A DNA stretch of 64,000 nucleotides from a bacterium (GCA_029565675.1 JAKQNP010000046.1:107595-171594); one strand, 5' to 3'; numbered from the stretch's first letter, positions 9,009 through 19,585 are shown. Program-made: numbers and translations. Notes: generated by a model from the sequence alone, not told the origin.

Positions 9009-11267
9009 ATGCGAAAAGCATTTGACTCGACACAGCCAATTGGTTTTTTTCTGGGTTTTGCTTCAATGTCGCTGCAGGTGCTTTATCTGCGCGCTTTTTT
9101 GGCAACCTTTTACGGTAACGAGTTGTCCATCGGATTGCTTCTGGCTTTGTGGTTGATATGGGGCGGTGTGGGTGCGCGCCTGGGTTCTGCACCAAATCAC
9201 AAACGATTGCGGTATTCCTGGGTTGCTATTTTCGCTTTGATTTTTGCCACAGCTGCGCTCGGCCTTGCTGGTGCACGCCTCGTCCGTCACTTTTTTGCCA
9301 CCTCATTGGCCCAACCACTCGATCTGGGGATGCTGCTCTTCAGCTCTGCATTTTTAACCGCTGTTCCGTGTCTGCTCTTTGGTTATCTTTTTGCTGAATT
9401 GAGCCACATGTCAAAGCGCAACAATCCATCCGGATATCTCTATTTTGCCGAAACCCTCGGCAGTCTGTTCGGCGGCCTGTTCTCCACTTTTCTCAATATC
9501 AGACTGGGCGATGATTGGCTCGCTTTTGGGCTTGTTGCGGTGCTCACACTGTCGGCGTTAGCTGGCATGCAAAAGAAGAGGGTCGCATTTTTCTTCCCGT
9601 TTGCCGCTCTGCTCTTCCTGGTGCTGTTTCGATTTTTCGCTCTGGCTGAACGCATTGAAATTCTCTATTGGCATTCTTTTGCTGCCGACCTGCGACTCGT
9701 CAAGACTGAACAAGGTCGGTACGGCAAGCTGGCGATTCTGGATTGGGGCGGAGAATTTATCCTATACAGCAATGGCGAAAAGGTTGCTGCCATACCCGAT
9801 CCGGTTTCCGCCCAGGCGCAAGCAGCCCTGGTGCTGGCACAACATCCAGCTCCCAGATCGATTTGCCTCATCGGCGGAGGTTGGGGAGGGTTGCCGGTGG
9901 AGTTGCTCCGTCATCCCCATGTGAGTGTGGATTTTTGTGAATTGGATCCGCAGGCTGGCAAGCTTGTTTTTTCCTTGCTCTCTGATTCTCTGCGTTCTCT
10001 TTGGCGATCCGACCGCCTGCGAATCATCTATAGCGATGCGCGATATTGGCTTTCTCGACAGGGCAAGTATGATCTGATCGTCTGTGCCATTGCCTCTCCG
10101 GCCTCGGCGCAAGGCAATCGATTCTTTACCCGTGAATTTTTTGCCATCGTCAAATCGCATCTTGCTGAAAACGGCCGATTTTTGCTGCTCGGTTTGCCGG
10201 GAGGCGAAAATTTCCTGGGCGCTGAGTTGCTGCAATTGAATGGTTCAATCAATCGTACCTTGCAGACCGTCTTCCCTCATGTCCTTTATCTGCCCGGCGA
10301 CCAGGGAATCTTTATCGCCGCATCGCAACCGGCACCGGAGCAGACCGCCGAACTGCTCAGCCGGCGTCTGCAAAATTCAGGAGTCGTCTATCCATTTTTT
10401 CATCCATCCCAGCTGCAATTTTATTATCTGCCTGATCGATTGGCCTACTTTGCAGATATCCTTAGCACCAACCGGACTGCCATCAATCGAGATGTTCAAC
10501 CGATCGGCTATTATCTCGACTTTCTGGCCTGGAATAAAAACCTCGGTGGTCCGAGCGAACTCCTCTATTCGATTCAGGTGCATGCCAAATCGTGCGCCCG
10601 GTGGGTGTTCGTGGCATTAGCAGCGGCCGCAATTTTTCTCTCTATCCTGGTGCGCAAAAGCAAGACGGACTGGCACACCGGGCTGGTCTTGGCCGGCTTT
10701 TTGCTCGGTTTCATGGCGATGACGCTGCAAATTGTCCTGTTGATGGCTTTTCAGGCTGCAAGAGGATTTCTCTATACTGAAATCGGCTTTGCACTCGCCG
10801 TCTATATGTTGGGAATGGCGGTCGGTGCAGCATCTGCACTGCGTTTGCTGCGACACGGTTTCCGTTTCACTTTTCTGCTGGTCTATCTCTTGCTGGCCGC
10901 GGCAACCACGGCTGTGTTGCCCTGGATCCTCGAAATGCTCTTTGCGCTTCCCGCACTTGCGCTTTTTATGGGGCTGTTCTTTGTCTGTGGTGGGCTGGGT
11001 GGATTTTGTTTTCCGCTTTACACGGTTTTGGATGATCTCTCTCTCGGCACACCGCATTACGGCAGAATCTATGCCTATGATCTATGGGGAGGGGCTCTCG
11101 GGGCTTCTCTGGGAGCAGGCGTTGGAGTGCCCTTGTTGGGGTTTCGCGTTTCGCTTGGATTTTTGGCGGGAGTGTTGTTGATCGCTCTATTCTATTTCAT
11201 GCGGACTCGATCGCTGCTACCGCGTCCGGCTCGACAAATCGACCACCTGCGCAACGCCAAAGGTTAA
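9009..11267 (+). CDS. Membrane-fused spermidine-synthase-like protein (TM - SAM-dependent fold - TM)
   Basis: N- and C-terminal TM bundles (YGNELSIG, YAYDLWGGALG) around a core with LIGGGWGG, CELDP, SDAR and NRFFTREFF. Confidence 0.8.
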   Translation: MRKAFDSTQPIGFFLGFASMSLQVLYLRAFLATFYGNELSIGLLLALWLIWGGVGARLGSAPNHKRLRYSWVAIFALIFATAALGLAGARLVRHFFATSLAQPLDLGMLLFSSAFLTAVPCLLFGYLFAELSHMSKRNNPSGYLYFAETLGSLFGGLFSTFLNIRLGDDWLAFGLVAVLTLSALAGMQKKRVAFFFPFAALLFLVLFRFFALAERIEILYWHSFAADLRLVKTEQGRYGKLAILDWGGEFILYSNGEKVAAIPDPVSAQAQAALVLAQHPAPRSICLIGGGWGGLPVELLRHPHVSVDFCELDPQAGKLVFSLLSDSLRSLWRSDRLRIIYSDARYWLSRQGKYDLIVCAIASPASAQGNRFFTREFFAIVKSHLAENGRFLLLGLPGGENFLGAELLQLNGSINRTLQTVFPHVLYLPGDQGIFIAASQPAPEQTAELLSRRLQNSGVVYPFFHPSQLQFYYLPDRLAYFADILSTNRTAINRDVQPIGYYLDFLAWNKNLGGPSELLYSIQVHAKSCARWVFVALAAAAIFLSILVRKSKTDWHTGLVLAGFLLGFMAMTLQIVLLMAFQAARGFLYTEIGFALAVYMLGMAVGAASALRLLRHGFRFTFLLVYLLLAAATTAVLPWILEMLFALPALALFMGLFFVCGGLGGFCFPLYTVLDDLSLGTPHYGRIYAYDLWGGALGASLGAGVGVPLLGFRVSLGFLAGVLLIALFYFMRTRSLLPRPARQIDHLRNAKG

Positions 11268-11372
11268 GGCTGTTGCGGTCGAGTTTTATCCGTTCGCCCA
11301 GCACGGAAGATTTTTCTTTTTGAATAGCAAATTTTTGATTAACTTTTTCTCCAAATAAATATGAGGTTTTGT

Positions 11373-13742
11373 ATGACCCGAACTGAGCGATTGCCGATTT
11401 CCGGAGTCGAAGCGTTTGCGCTGCAAAAAAGCGGCAGAAAGTTTATCTACGAACCGACGGAAAAAATTCCGGTCATTGAAGTAGAAAATTATCCATTGCT
11501 TGGACGCCTGGCTGCCTTGCGTTTTATCGAATGGGTACAGAAGAACCCTGAAGGGGTCGTTTCCCTGCCGGTTGGCAAGATTCCGGAACATTTCATCAAG
11601 TATGTCACCTACTTTCTAAAAAACTGGAATTCCGATAGTGTGCGCAAGGAGTTGGAACAAAACACGATCGATGCCGGCAAACGCCCAAAAATTGAAACGC
11701 TGCAGTTTGTTCAATCTGAAGAGTTTTATCCGATCAACCCTCTGCAGAGCAACAGTTTTCACTATTTCATCCAAAAGTATTATTTTCGCGAATTCGGCAT
11801 CGATAGCAAAAATGCCTTGCTGTTGGATGCCTGGAAGATCGGCATTCCGGAGAATCTGACTCCTGAAGATATTTATGCCGATGATGTTGTCGATCTCACT
11901 CTGCGCACACGTTATGGGTTAACCAAAGCAGAACGAATCCAAAAAGATGTGATCAGTCAAGTGGATCAGTACTGCACCGAATACGAGATGAAAATTCGCG
12001 CCAGAGGCGGGATTGGTTTTTATCTGGGCGGTATCGGACCGGACGGCCATATTTGTTCCAATGTGCGCGGTTCAGATCACTTTTCCACGACGCGGTTGAC
12101 AGCCACCAACTATGAAACACAAGCGGCCGCCGCCACAGATCTCGGCGGCATCGAAATCGCTCGCAAACGCTTGGTCATCACCATTGGTCTGAGTACCTTG
12201 ACTTACAATACAGAAACAACCGCCATCATTATTGCAGCTGGCGAATCTCATGCCCAGGTGATCAAGGACTCCATCGAGTGTCCGGCCAGCAATAGCTATC
12301 CAGCCTCAGCATTGCACAAATTGCCCAATGCCCGTTTTTATCTCACCTCTGGGGCTGCTTCCTTGCTGGTCGAAAGGTGTTATGAGAATGTAAAGGCCAA
12401 GTCTCCTTTGCCTGCTCAGGAAATCGAGCGAATCGTAGTTGATCTGGCTTTGGGGCAGAATAGAAAAATCCAAGATTTGGCCAAAGAAGACTATGATTCG
12501 GTGCGATCTTCCAAATGGGTTTTGGCCAAGGCAGGAAAAACGCTTTCTGCGATCAATCTGCAGGTGCAGAACAGTTTGATGCAAAAGATTTCTCGCGGCC
12601 TGGATTCGATCGAAGATCAAGTCTTTATGCATACAGCGCCCCATCACGACGATATCATGCTTGGCTATTGGGCTTATATCATTCATCTGGTCCGTTCTCC
12701 CAAAAATCAACACCATTTCAATTATATGACCAGCGGTTTCAATGCCGTGACCAATTCCTTCGCCACGCAAATGCTGGAGAACCTGCAAAACCATATCACC
12801 ACACTGTGTTTCCGCCAGCTGTTGGATGAGGGATATTTTGCCCCGGATTATACCATCGGCCGCAACCGCGATGTTTATCAATATCTGGATGGCGTCGCCG
12901 CTCACAGCCGAACCATGAAGAATGAAGGTCAAGCACGGCGGATGCTGCGCAACCTGATGTTCATTTTTGAGGAAGACAGCGTGCCGCAGTTGCAGAACCG
13001 TATTGCTGAAATGGTTCTCTATTTCAAAAGCCAGTACCCCGGCAAGAAGGATGTCCACTATATCCAGCAGTTTAAAGGCATGATCCGCGAATGGGAAGCG
13101 GATCTGCTTTGGGGGTATCTCGGTTTCAGCAACGCCAACGTCAACCATTTGCGCCTTGGATTTTACGGTGGTGGAATTTTCGGCTCGGCGGTCAACCGCG
13201 TCCGCGACGTTGAGCCGGTTCTCAATCTCATGCAGCGAATCAAACCGACGATTATCACCTGTGCATTCGACCCCGAAGGCAGTGGTCCGGATACCCACTA
13301 CAAGGTTCTGCAAACCATGGCACAGGCCACCAAGATCTACAGCGACGAGAACAACCACCCTGATCTCAAGATCTGGGGATATCGCAACGTTTGGTTTCGA
13401 TTTCACCCTTCTGAAGTCAATATTATGGTGCCGGTTTCACTCAATTCGATGGCCAATCTGGAAAATTCGTTTCTCAACTGCTTTGTCTCTCAAGCTGATG
13501 CCTCTTTTCCGAGCTATGAATTCGATGGCCCGTTTTCCAGATTGTCACAGCGCATCATGGTGGAGCAATACCAAAAGATCAAAACCTGCCTGGGACGCGA
13601 ATATTTCAATGAAAGCGATCACCCGCGTTTGCGCGCAACCCATGGCATGGTTTTTCTCAGAGAAATGGAAGTTGAAGAATTTTACGAACGAGCACACCAA
13701 CTGCAGAAATCGACTGAAAATATCCAGCAAACGACTGCTTGA
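11373..13742 (+). CDS. nagB: Glucosamine-6-phosphate deaminase-like domain fused to a PIG-L/LmbE deacetylase-like domain (long NagB)
   Basis: GGIGPDGHI, ITIGL and YPASAL (NagB); HTAPHHDD, DPEGSGPDTH and SFPSYEFDGPF (PIG-L-like). GAGG RBS before the ATG at 11373. Confidence 0.85.
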   Translation: MTRTERLPISGVEAFALQKSGRKFIYEPTEKIPVIEVENYPLLGRLAALRFIEWVQKNPEGVVSLPVGKIPEHFIKYVTYFLKNWNSDSVRKELEQNTIDAGKRPKIETLQFVQSEEFYPINPLQSNSFHYFIQKYYFREFGIDSKNALLLDAWKIGIPENLTPEDIYADDVVDLTLRTRYGLTKAERIQKDVISQVDQYCTEYEMKIRARGGIGFYLGGIGPDGHICSNVRGSDHFSTTRLTATNYETQAAAATDLGGIEIARKRLVITIGLSTLTYNTETTAIIIAAGESHAQVIKDSIECPASNSYPASALHKLPNARFYLTSGAASLLVERCYENVKAKSPLPAQEIERIVVDLALGQNRKIQDLAKEDYDSVRSSKWVLAKAGKTLSAINLQVQNSLMQKISRGLDSIEDQVFMHTAPHHDDIMLGYWAYIIHLVRSPKNQHHFNYMTSGFNAVTNSFATQMLENLQNHITTLCFRQLLDEGYFAPDYTIGRNRDVYQYLDGVAAHSRTMKNEGQARRMLRNLMFIFEEDSVPQLQNRIAEMVLYFKSQYPGKKDVHYIQQFKGMIREWEADLLWGYLGFSNANVNHLRLGFYGGGIFGSAVNRVRDVEPVLNLMQRIKPTIITCAFDPEGSGPDTHYKVLQTMAQATKIYSDENNHPDLKIWGYRNVWFRFHPSEVNIMVPVSLNSMANLENSFLNCFVSQADASFPSYEFDGPFSRLSQRIMVEQYQKIKTCLGREYFNESDHPRLRATHGMVFLREMEVEEFYERAHQLQKSTENIQQTTA

Positions 13743-13765
13743 AACCAAGCGATAGTATGATTTGA

Positions 13766-13824
13766 ATTCGGTGCAAAACACCGAATCCAGGTATGATTGA
13801 TAATCCGTTTATCACCGAATCTGG
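13766..13824. repeat. Two copies of the dispersed ATTCGG..CCGAAT palindrome
   Basis: ATTCGGTG-CAAAA-CACCGAAT (13766-13786) and a degenerate copy ending CACCGAATCTGG (13813-13824). Confidence 0.7.
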
Positions 13825-13848
13825 ATTGCACTTAAAGTGGGGATTTGA

Positions 13849-14733
13849 ATGGGATCAACGACTCTGGATGGCGAACCCCAGGCGGGATTGCCTGAGCCTA
13901 TTTTTAAGCGCGCCGTTGTGGCTGTCGGCTTTACTCCCAACTTGCAGGCGGTGCTCAATGAAGCACATGCATTGCTCAAAATTATGGGCGCAGTGCCGAT
14001 TATCGTTCATGTGGGCGAGGATTCAGCCGCAGTGAGGCAAAAACTGGAAGAAAATATTCAAAAGTCCAATTTCAGGGAACATCCGCCAATCTACCTGGTG
14101 AGTGGTGGCAGCACTCCCGATGTTTTGATCAAAGTCGCCAACGAGTACGAGGCTGATTTGATCTGTGCCGGCGCTCTCAAACGGGAAAAAGCGTTTCGTT
14201 ATTACTTTGAATCAGTTGCCCGCAATATCGCCCGACATGCCCCGTGCTCGGTCATGCTTTTTGCCGAACCGAGCATCGAACCGAAACCGCTCGCCAAGAT
14301 ACACTGTGCTGTCGAATTTGAAGAAGAAACCATCCAAGTGGTCAAAGTAGCTGCCGGAATCGCCTATTTTGCCGGCAGCAAAGAGCTCTATGTCACTCAC
14401 TGTTTTCCCATGCCGCAGACCGATGATAAAAAATCATCCGCCAGCAGCCAAGCCATTGATCCATCCACGATCTATAAAGAGCGGGACGCAATGCTGACGG
14501 CTTATTTGCAGCAAGTCGATTTTTCAGGAATCAATGTGCAATTGCGCTGTATGCAGGAAAAGACGCACTCGACGACCATAGATTTTACCCGCGATATCGA
14601 AGCGGATCTGCTGGTTATTCCCACCAGCCAAAATGGCTTTGGCTTGTGGAATCAACTCATGCATTACGATGTCGAGTCGGCCCTGGTGAATCTGCCTTGT
14701 TCACTGCTGATGGTGCGGACAGGCAAGGATTGA
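13849..14733 (+). CDS. Universal stress protein (tandem USP domains)
   Basis: FKRAVVAV, ADLICAG, SVARNIARHAPCSVM; second domain ADLLVI..LPCSLLMV. Confidence 0.88.
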   Translation: MGSTTLDGEPQAGLPEPIFKRAVVAVGFTPNLQAVLNEAHALLKIMGAVPIIVHVGEDSAAVRQKLEENIQKSNFREHPPIYLVSGGSTPDVLIKVANEYEADLICAGALKREKAFRYYFESVARNIARHAPCSVMLFAEPSIEPKPLAKIHCAVEFEEETIQVVKVAAGIAYFAGSKELYVTHCFPMPQTDDKKSSASSQAIDPSTIYKERDAMLTAYLQQVDFSGINVQLRCMQEKTHSTTIDFTRDIEADLLVIPTSQNGFGLWNQLMHYDVESALVNLPCSLLMVRTGKD

Positions 14734-14747
14734 GTCTGCCGCACAAC

Positions 14748-17090
14748 TCAGCGATCTGTTTCCTCTGCTTTTCTTTTTCTGCTCCACAAACGCAGTTTGT
14801 TAGATCCTTCCCCGGGCATTTCCAATACGTAGAGAGAATCGCCGGTCATCGAGATGGCTATGTCGCGCGGAGCGTTCAGGGGGGGAGTGCCGCCGGAGAG
14901 ATACTCGAGGACACGGCCGGTGCGATCAAAGATTGAAATGATTCCACGCGGAGTGTGAGGAACATAGATCCAGTCGTTGCTCGTTGTCACCACCTTGCCC
15001 AACCCCACGTCGACGGCAGGCAATTTGTCGGTCTGCCAATACCTCGCTCTTTTGCCCTCGACCGCTCCCTGCCAACATTGCACCGCATCATTCGATTGAT
15101 CGCTGATCAGAACCTTCGACGCATTGTGCAATACGGCGATGTCATTGCCGACATGGTGGGTTCCAAAAGGACTGCCTGCCAGATCTGCACCAGTCGGATC
15201 GAGTACATGAAAACGGGTGGTGCTGTCTTCCAGTGCAAAGATGTGCCCCTTTTCATCGCAATCGATTGCCGTGGCGGTGAAATCGAGTTCGATACCCGGC
15301 AGGAGTTCGCCGTTTTTGGCTCCAAAGCGAAAGATGAGTTGTTGCACTTTGCCGGTGGCGGCCAACATGATGTTGGGCGGAAAAAACGACAGGCTGGAAA
15401 TCTCCTGAAATGGCACCGGTTGACCATTGGCAGACCACCCCACCGTCAGAGGCGAAAAGTCGGCCTCCCGACCGTCTGAATGGAGCACCACAATTGTGCC
15501 TTCTTCAGTGGCAATCCAGATTTTGCCTTCTCCGTCGATTGCCAACGACTGCGGACGCCACAGCATCGGCCCCAGAGTGCCGCAGGAAATAAAAGTCTGA
15601 TCGCTGGTCAAAATCGAGAGCGACCACACATCGCTGTACCCCAGATTGCGCTTCGGATGTTTTGCAGATTCGTGGTAATTGTCCCAGGCAAAGATGCGGC
15701 AGCGAAAATCGAGACCTGTATGTTGCGGCGGTATCGACCGGTCGGTCACATACCAGTCATCGCTGTTTTTCACGCGCGACATCTTGATTTCTCTCGCCTG
15801 TGTGGGAGGCCAGGTGCGGTCATAGATCAGATAGACACCGAAACCATCCGAACCCGTATCGTCGTCAAAAATACCGCTGGGATCGATAACGCGCGCAGCG
15901 ATACGAAACTCGGTTTCTCCGTTTACCCGGCCAGGAACGGTCTGAACTTGCGTGATCAGGGGTCCACGATTGTCGCGGCGTGTTTCTTTCCACGGCAGCT
16001 CGCTCGGCTTGACCATGTCAGGCCAGTTCTGACGCAAACGAGCCGCCAAGGCGTTGGGTTGATGGTCGGGAAACAAGGCTTTATAAGAGAGCATGGCCAT
16101 TCCTTCGCACCCCAGCCTGCGCGCGATTTCGATTTGTTCGATTGCCTGGGCGCCAAAGGGCATATAGATTCCCGGATAGATGTGCCGACCGTGGTCATTT
16201 TGGCGATGGTGCAAGAGTTGTCGGCCGAACAACTCCGGCTCATTGATGTAGATCATCGGATAGAGGACATCGATGAGGCCTTTGGCCAACCAGGCGTGGC
16301 TGTCCTGCAGATGAACCCGCAAACCTTTGAAATAATCGCCCTGCACAGCTGCACTGACGACCAGCTTGGGCTGATAGGCGACGACATCTGCTGCAAGACG
16401 TGTCAAAAAATCGCTGATGGCGTCTTGTCGCCATTGCGTCCATTTTTCCGGTACCTCATTCGGCAGCGAACCGGTCAGGAGACGAAAACGGTTGACGGAA
16501 GTCTCATCGAACGACACCTCGGGCGACGGATACCGAATATAGTCAAAATGCAGACCATCGAGATCATAGTTTTGCAGCAATTCCCGGCACAACGCGATCA
16601 GATGATCGGTGACCTGCGGGTGGGTAGGGGAGAGCCACAGATATTCAGCCCGGTGGTCAAACCGTTTGCCTTCGCAGTCGACGACAAACCAATCCGGGTG
16701 AATGTGGTAGAGCTGACCACCGTGGTCCGGCGGCTGACCTTTTTTCCATCCCGGGTAGACGTTGAGCCACGCATGTACGGCCAGGCCGTGGGCATGGCCG
16801 AGGTCGATTGCCAAACGCAGCGGATCCCAGCCGGGATCGACAAAGCCAAATTCTTCAGACCAGATTTCCAACTGCGAGGGATAATTGACCGTTCCATTGC
16901 CGCGGACTTGCAACAGGAGGGTATTAAAACCTGTTGCTGCGGCGTTGTCAACGATCATGCGAATATCATCCGGCGAGCGATATTCCCATCGGGTCACCCA
17001 CAACGCCCGGGTTTCCGCAGCCTGCAGGCGACAAAAAAAAGCGAATGAAACAGCAAAAAAGAATATCCAGATGATCGGCCGACGAGCCAT
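14748..17090 (-). CDS. Secreted glycosyl hydrolase-like 10 (GHL10/DUF187) protein with a C-terminal NHL-like beta-propeller
   Basis: Signal peptide; ETRALWVTRW, QVRGNG, WDPL, VHAWLN, NYDLDGLHFDYIRYP, PMIY. C-terminal P.SLAID/PRDIAI repeats. Confidence 0.85.
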   Translation of the reverse strand: MARRPIIWIFFFAVSFAFFCRLQAAETRALWVTRWEYRSPDDIRMIVDNAAATGFNTLLLQVRGNGTVNYPSQLEIWSEEFGFVDPGWDPLRLAIDLGHAHGLAVHAWLNVYPGWKKGQPPDHGGQLYHIHPDWFVVDCEGKRFDHRAEYLWLSPTHPQVTDHLIALCRELLQNYDLDGLHFDYIRYPSPEVSFDETSVNRFRLLTGSLPNEVPEKWTQWRQDAISDFLTRLAADVVAYQPKLVVSAAVQGDYFKGLRVHLQDSHAWLAKGLIDVLYPMIYINEPELFGRQLLHHRQNDHGRHIYPGIYMPFGAQAIEQIEIARRLGCEGMAMLSYKALFPDHQPNALAARLRQNWPDMVKPSELPWKETRRDNRGPLITQVQTVPGRVNGETEFRIAARVIDPSGIFDDDTGSDGFGVYLIYDRTWPPTQAREIKMSRVKNSDDWYVTDRSIPPQHTGLDFRCRIFAWDNYHESAKHPKRNLGYSDVWSLSILTSDQTFISCGTLGPMLWRPQSLAIDGEGKIWIATEEGTIVVLHSDGREADFSPLTVGWSANGQPVPFQEISSLSFFPPNIMLAATGKVQQLIFRFGAKNGELLPGIELDFTATAIDCDEKGHIFALEDSTTRFHVLDPTGADLAGSPFGTHHVGNDIAVLHNASKVLISDQSNDAVQCWQGAVEGKRARYWQTDKLPAVDVGLGKVVTTSNDWIYVPHTPRGIISIFDRTGRVLEYLSGGTPPLNAPRDIAISMTGDSLYVLEMPGEGSNKLRLWSRKRKAEETDR

Positions 17091-17152
17091 TCTGCTCTCC
17101 GTATTTCCTGTCTGATCAAGGGTAGGAAACTTGATGGCAACCGTGCTTCAGT

Positions 17153-17183
17153 CAAATGTAGAAAAGTCGACTTTCTTGTTCAA
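17153..17183 (-). promoter_or_regulatory. Putative promoter for the GHL10 gene, with a palindrome in the spacer
   Basis: TTGAAC-N17-TACATT(TG); AAAGTCGACTTT palindrome at 17163-17174. Confidence 0.55.
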
Positions 17184-17220
17184 GAGAAAAAGCGCAGATG
17201 TGGCAGAAATTTTATTGCCC

Positions 17221-17249
17221 TTGACACTTTGACAGACAAATCGTATATT
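17221..17249 (+). promoter_or_regulatory. Putative sigma70 promoter for uvrB
   Basis: TTGACA-N17-TATATT. Confidence 0.7.
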
Positions 17250-17375
17250 TTCTCTCCGCATCGAACCGAACCGGTCCCGATAGGGTTGCTGCGAAGTGGG
17301 GTTCTGCAACGTCAACTGATCGCCGCCTTGAGATCAAGATCTCTTTTCTGTCCTACACTTTTTTCTGCTTTTGCT

Positions 17376-17403
17376 CGGATTCGATGCTCAATGCCGAATC
17401 CGG
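17376..17403. repeat. Copy of the dispersed palindrome
   Basis: CGGATTCG-N11-CGAATCCG(G). Confidence 0.6.
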
Positions 17404-17515
17404 CTTCACACAAGGTGCAGCACGATTAGCTTGATTTTGTTCGGTATCCGGCGCGTTGCGCTGAACGGGATTTAAACCGGTTATAACCGCTTTTTTTAGG
17501 CCATTATACGACGCT

Positions 17516-19585
17516 ATGAACTCATTTCATTTGCACAGCGATTTTCAACTCCGCGGCGATCAGGCAACAGCTGTCGAACAGTTGGTCGATGGCCTGCAGA
17601 GAAACCAACGATGCCAGACTCTTTTGGGGGTGACCGGCAGCGGCAAAACCTTTACGATGGCCAAGGTGATCGAAACGATCGATCGACCCGCCCTGATCAT
17701 TTCACACAATAAAACTCTGGCCGCACAACTGTATGGCGAATTCAAGAGTTTTTTCCCGGAGAATGCAGTCGAATATTTTATCAGCTATTACGATTATTAT
17801 CAGCCTGAAGCCTATGTCCCGACCACGGACACTTATATCGAAAAAGACACCCAGATCAATGACGAGATAGACCGGTTGCGCCTCAAAGCGACCAGTTCCC
17901 TGCTTTCCCGCCGCGACGTGATCATCGTTGCCTCGGTCTCCTGCATTTACGGTTTGGGCAGGCCGGAAGACTGGCAAGAGCTGCTTCTTTTTATCGAACG
18001 CGGCCAATCGATCGATCGCGATCTGGTCATCCGCAAGTTGGTGGAGATTCATTACGAACGCAATGATATCGCCTTCGAACGCGGCATGTTTCGCGTGCGT
18101 GGCGATGTGATCGAACTGATCCCTGCCTATGAAAAAGAAGCCGTTCGCATCGAATGGTTCGGCGACGAGATCGAGACGATCTCGATCGTCGATGTGTTGA
18201 CCGGCGAGATCCGCAGCGAGTTGCAGCGAATCGGCATCTATCCGGCCAAACACTTTGTGACCCCGAATGCAAGATTGCGTCAGGCCATGCGGGAAATCGA
18301 GCGCGAATTGGCTGAGCGTTTAACGGAATTGCGGCGGGCCAATAAACTTCTCGAAGCGCAACGCCTCGAAAGCCGTACCCGCTACGACCTCGAGATGATC
18401 GATGAAATCGGTTATTGCAGCGGCATCGAAAATTATTCGCGCTATCTGTCCGGCCGCCAGCCCGGTGAACGCCCCTATACGCTCATCGACTATTTTCCCG
18501 ACGATTTTCTGACCATCATCGACGAATCGCATGTAACCATTCCACAAGTCCGCGGCATGTATTTCGGAGATCGTTCGCGCAAAGAAACGCTGGTGGAGCA
18601 TGGCTTTCGTTTGCCATCAGCATTCGACAACCGGCCGATGAATTTTGCAGAATTCGAGGCGGTCGTCGGCCAGATGATTTTTGTTTCAGCCACTCCCTCT
18701 GTGTATGAATTGGAAAAATCGAATGGCATTGTGGTCGAACAAATTATTCGCCCCACAGGATTGATGGATCCAGAAATTCTTGTCCGACCGACAAAGGGGC
18801 AAATCGATGATCTCATAGAAGAGATATCCCATTGCGTGGCGCGCCGGGAGAGAGTCTTGATCACCACCCTGACCAAACGCATGGCAGAAGATTTAACCGA
18901 ATACCTCGATCGCCACGGCATCCGGGTGCGCTACCTCCATTCGGAAATTGATGCCCTGGATCGCGTTGCGATTCTGCGCGATTTGCGGCTGGGCGAGTTC
19001 GATGTGCTGGTCGGTATCAACCTGTTGCGCGAAGGCCTGGATTTGCCTGAAGTCTCTTTGGTCGCCATTCTCGATGCCGACAAGGAAGGCTATTTGCGGT
19101 CAGAAAGATCACTGATCCAGACCGCCGGCAGGGCTGCGCGCAACGTCAACGGCCAGGTTCTTTTCTATGCAGACAAAATCACCGAATCGATGCGCAAGGC
19201 GATCGATGAAACCGCTCGCCGCCGCAAGATTCAGGCCGAATACAATGAGCGCCATGGAATCTTGCCGACGACCATCTTCAAGTCGGTTGAGGATGTACTG
19301 GGAGCCACACGGGTTGCGGATGCCAAACCACTCGACTATCCGCAGCAGGGCAAAAAAGAAGAAGATTTTCGCGCGATATTCAAAAAGCTCGACGACAGAC
19401 AACAGGCAGAGATGCTTGCTGAACTCGAAAAAAAAATGATGCAGGCAGCTTCCCGGCTCGAATTCGAACAGGCGGCTGGCTTGCGCGATGAAATCGATGA
19501 ATTGCGGTTGCTGAGCGATCCGACTATCGGCGCTGGGGTTGCCCAGGATGTCGGCCCGCGCCCTCGCAGGCACTATCGCAAGTAA
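17516..19585 (+). CDS. uvrB: Excinuclease ABC subunit B
   Basis: [45 protein letters not shown]-terminal UVR domain. Confidence 0.99.
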   Translation: MNSFHLHSDFQLRGDQATAVEQLVDGLQRNQRCQTLLGVTGSGKTFTMAKVIETIDRPALIISHNKTLAAQLYGEFKSFFPENAVEYFISYYDYYQPEAYVPTTDTYIEKDTQINDEIDRLRLKATSSLLSRRDVIIVASVSCIYGLGRPEDWQELLLFIERGQSIDRDLVIRKLVEIHYERNDIAFERGMFRVRGDVIELIPAYEKEAVRIEWFGDEIETISIVDVLTGEIRSELQRIGIYPAKHFVTPNARLRQAMREIERELAERLTELRRANKLLEAQRLESRTRYDLEMIDEIGYCSGIENYSRYLSGRQPGERPYTLIDYFPDDFLTIIDESHVTIPQVRGMYFGDRSRKETLVEHGFRLPSAFDNRPMNFAEFEAVVGQMIFVSATPSVYELEKSNGIVVEQIIRPTGLMDPEILVRPTKGQIDDLIEEISHCVARRERVLITTLTKRMAEDLTEYLDRHGIRVRYLHSEIDALDRVAILRDLRLGEFDVLVGINLLREGLDLPEVSLVAILDADKEGYLRSERSLIQTAGRAARNVNGQVLFYADKITESMRKAIDETARRRKIQAEYNERHGILPTTIFKSVEDVLGATRVADAKPLDYPQQGKKEEDFRAIFKKLDDRQQAEMLAELEKKMMQAASRLEFEQAAGLRDEIDELRLLSDPTIGAGVAQDVGPRPRRHYRK

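Noticed and set aside
15480..17048. 522-aa + strand ORF, and other long antisense ORFs such as 12306-13406, 52929-54236, 58081-59232 and 61510-62829
   Set aside because: Antisense shadows of well-supported genes, with no protein motifs.
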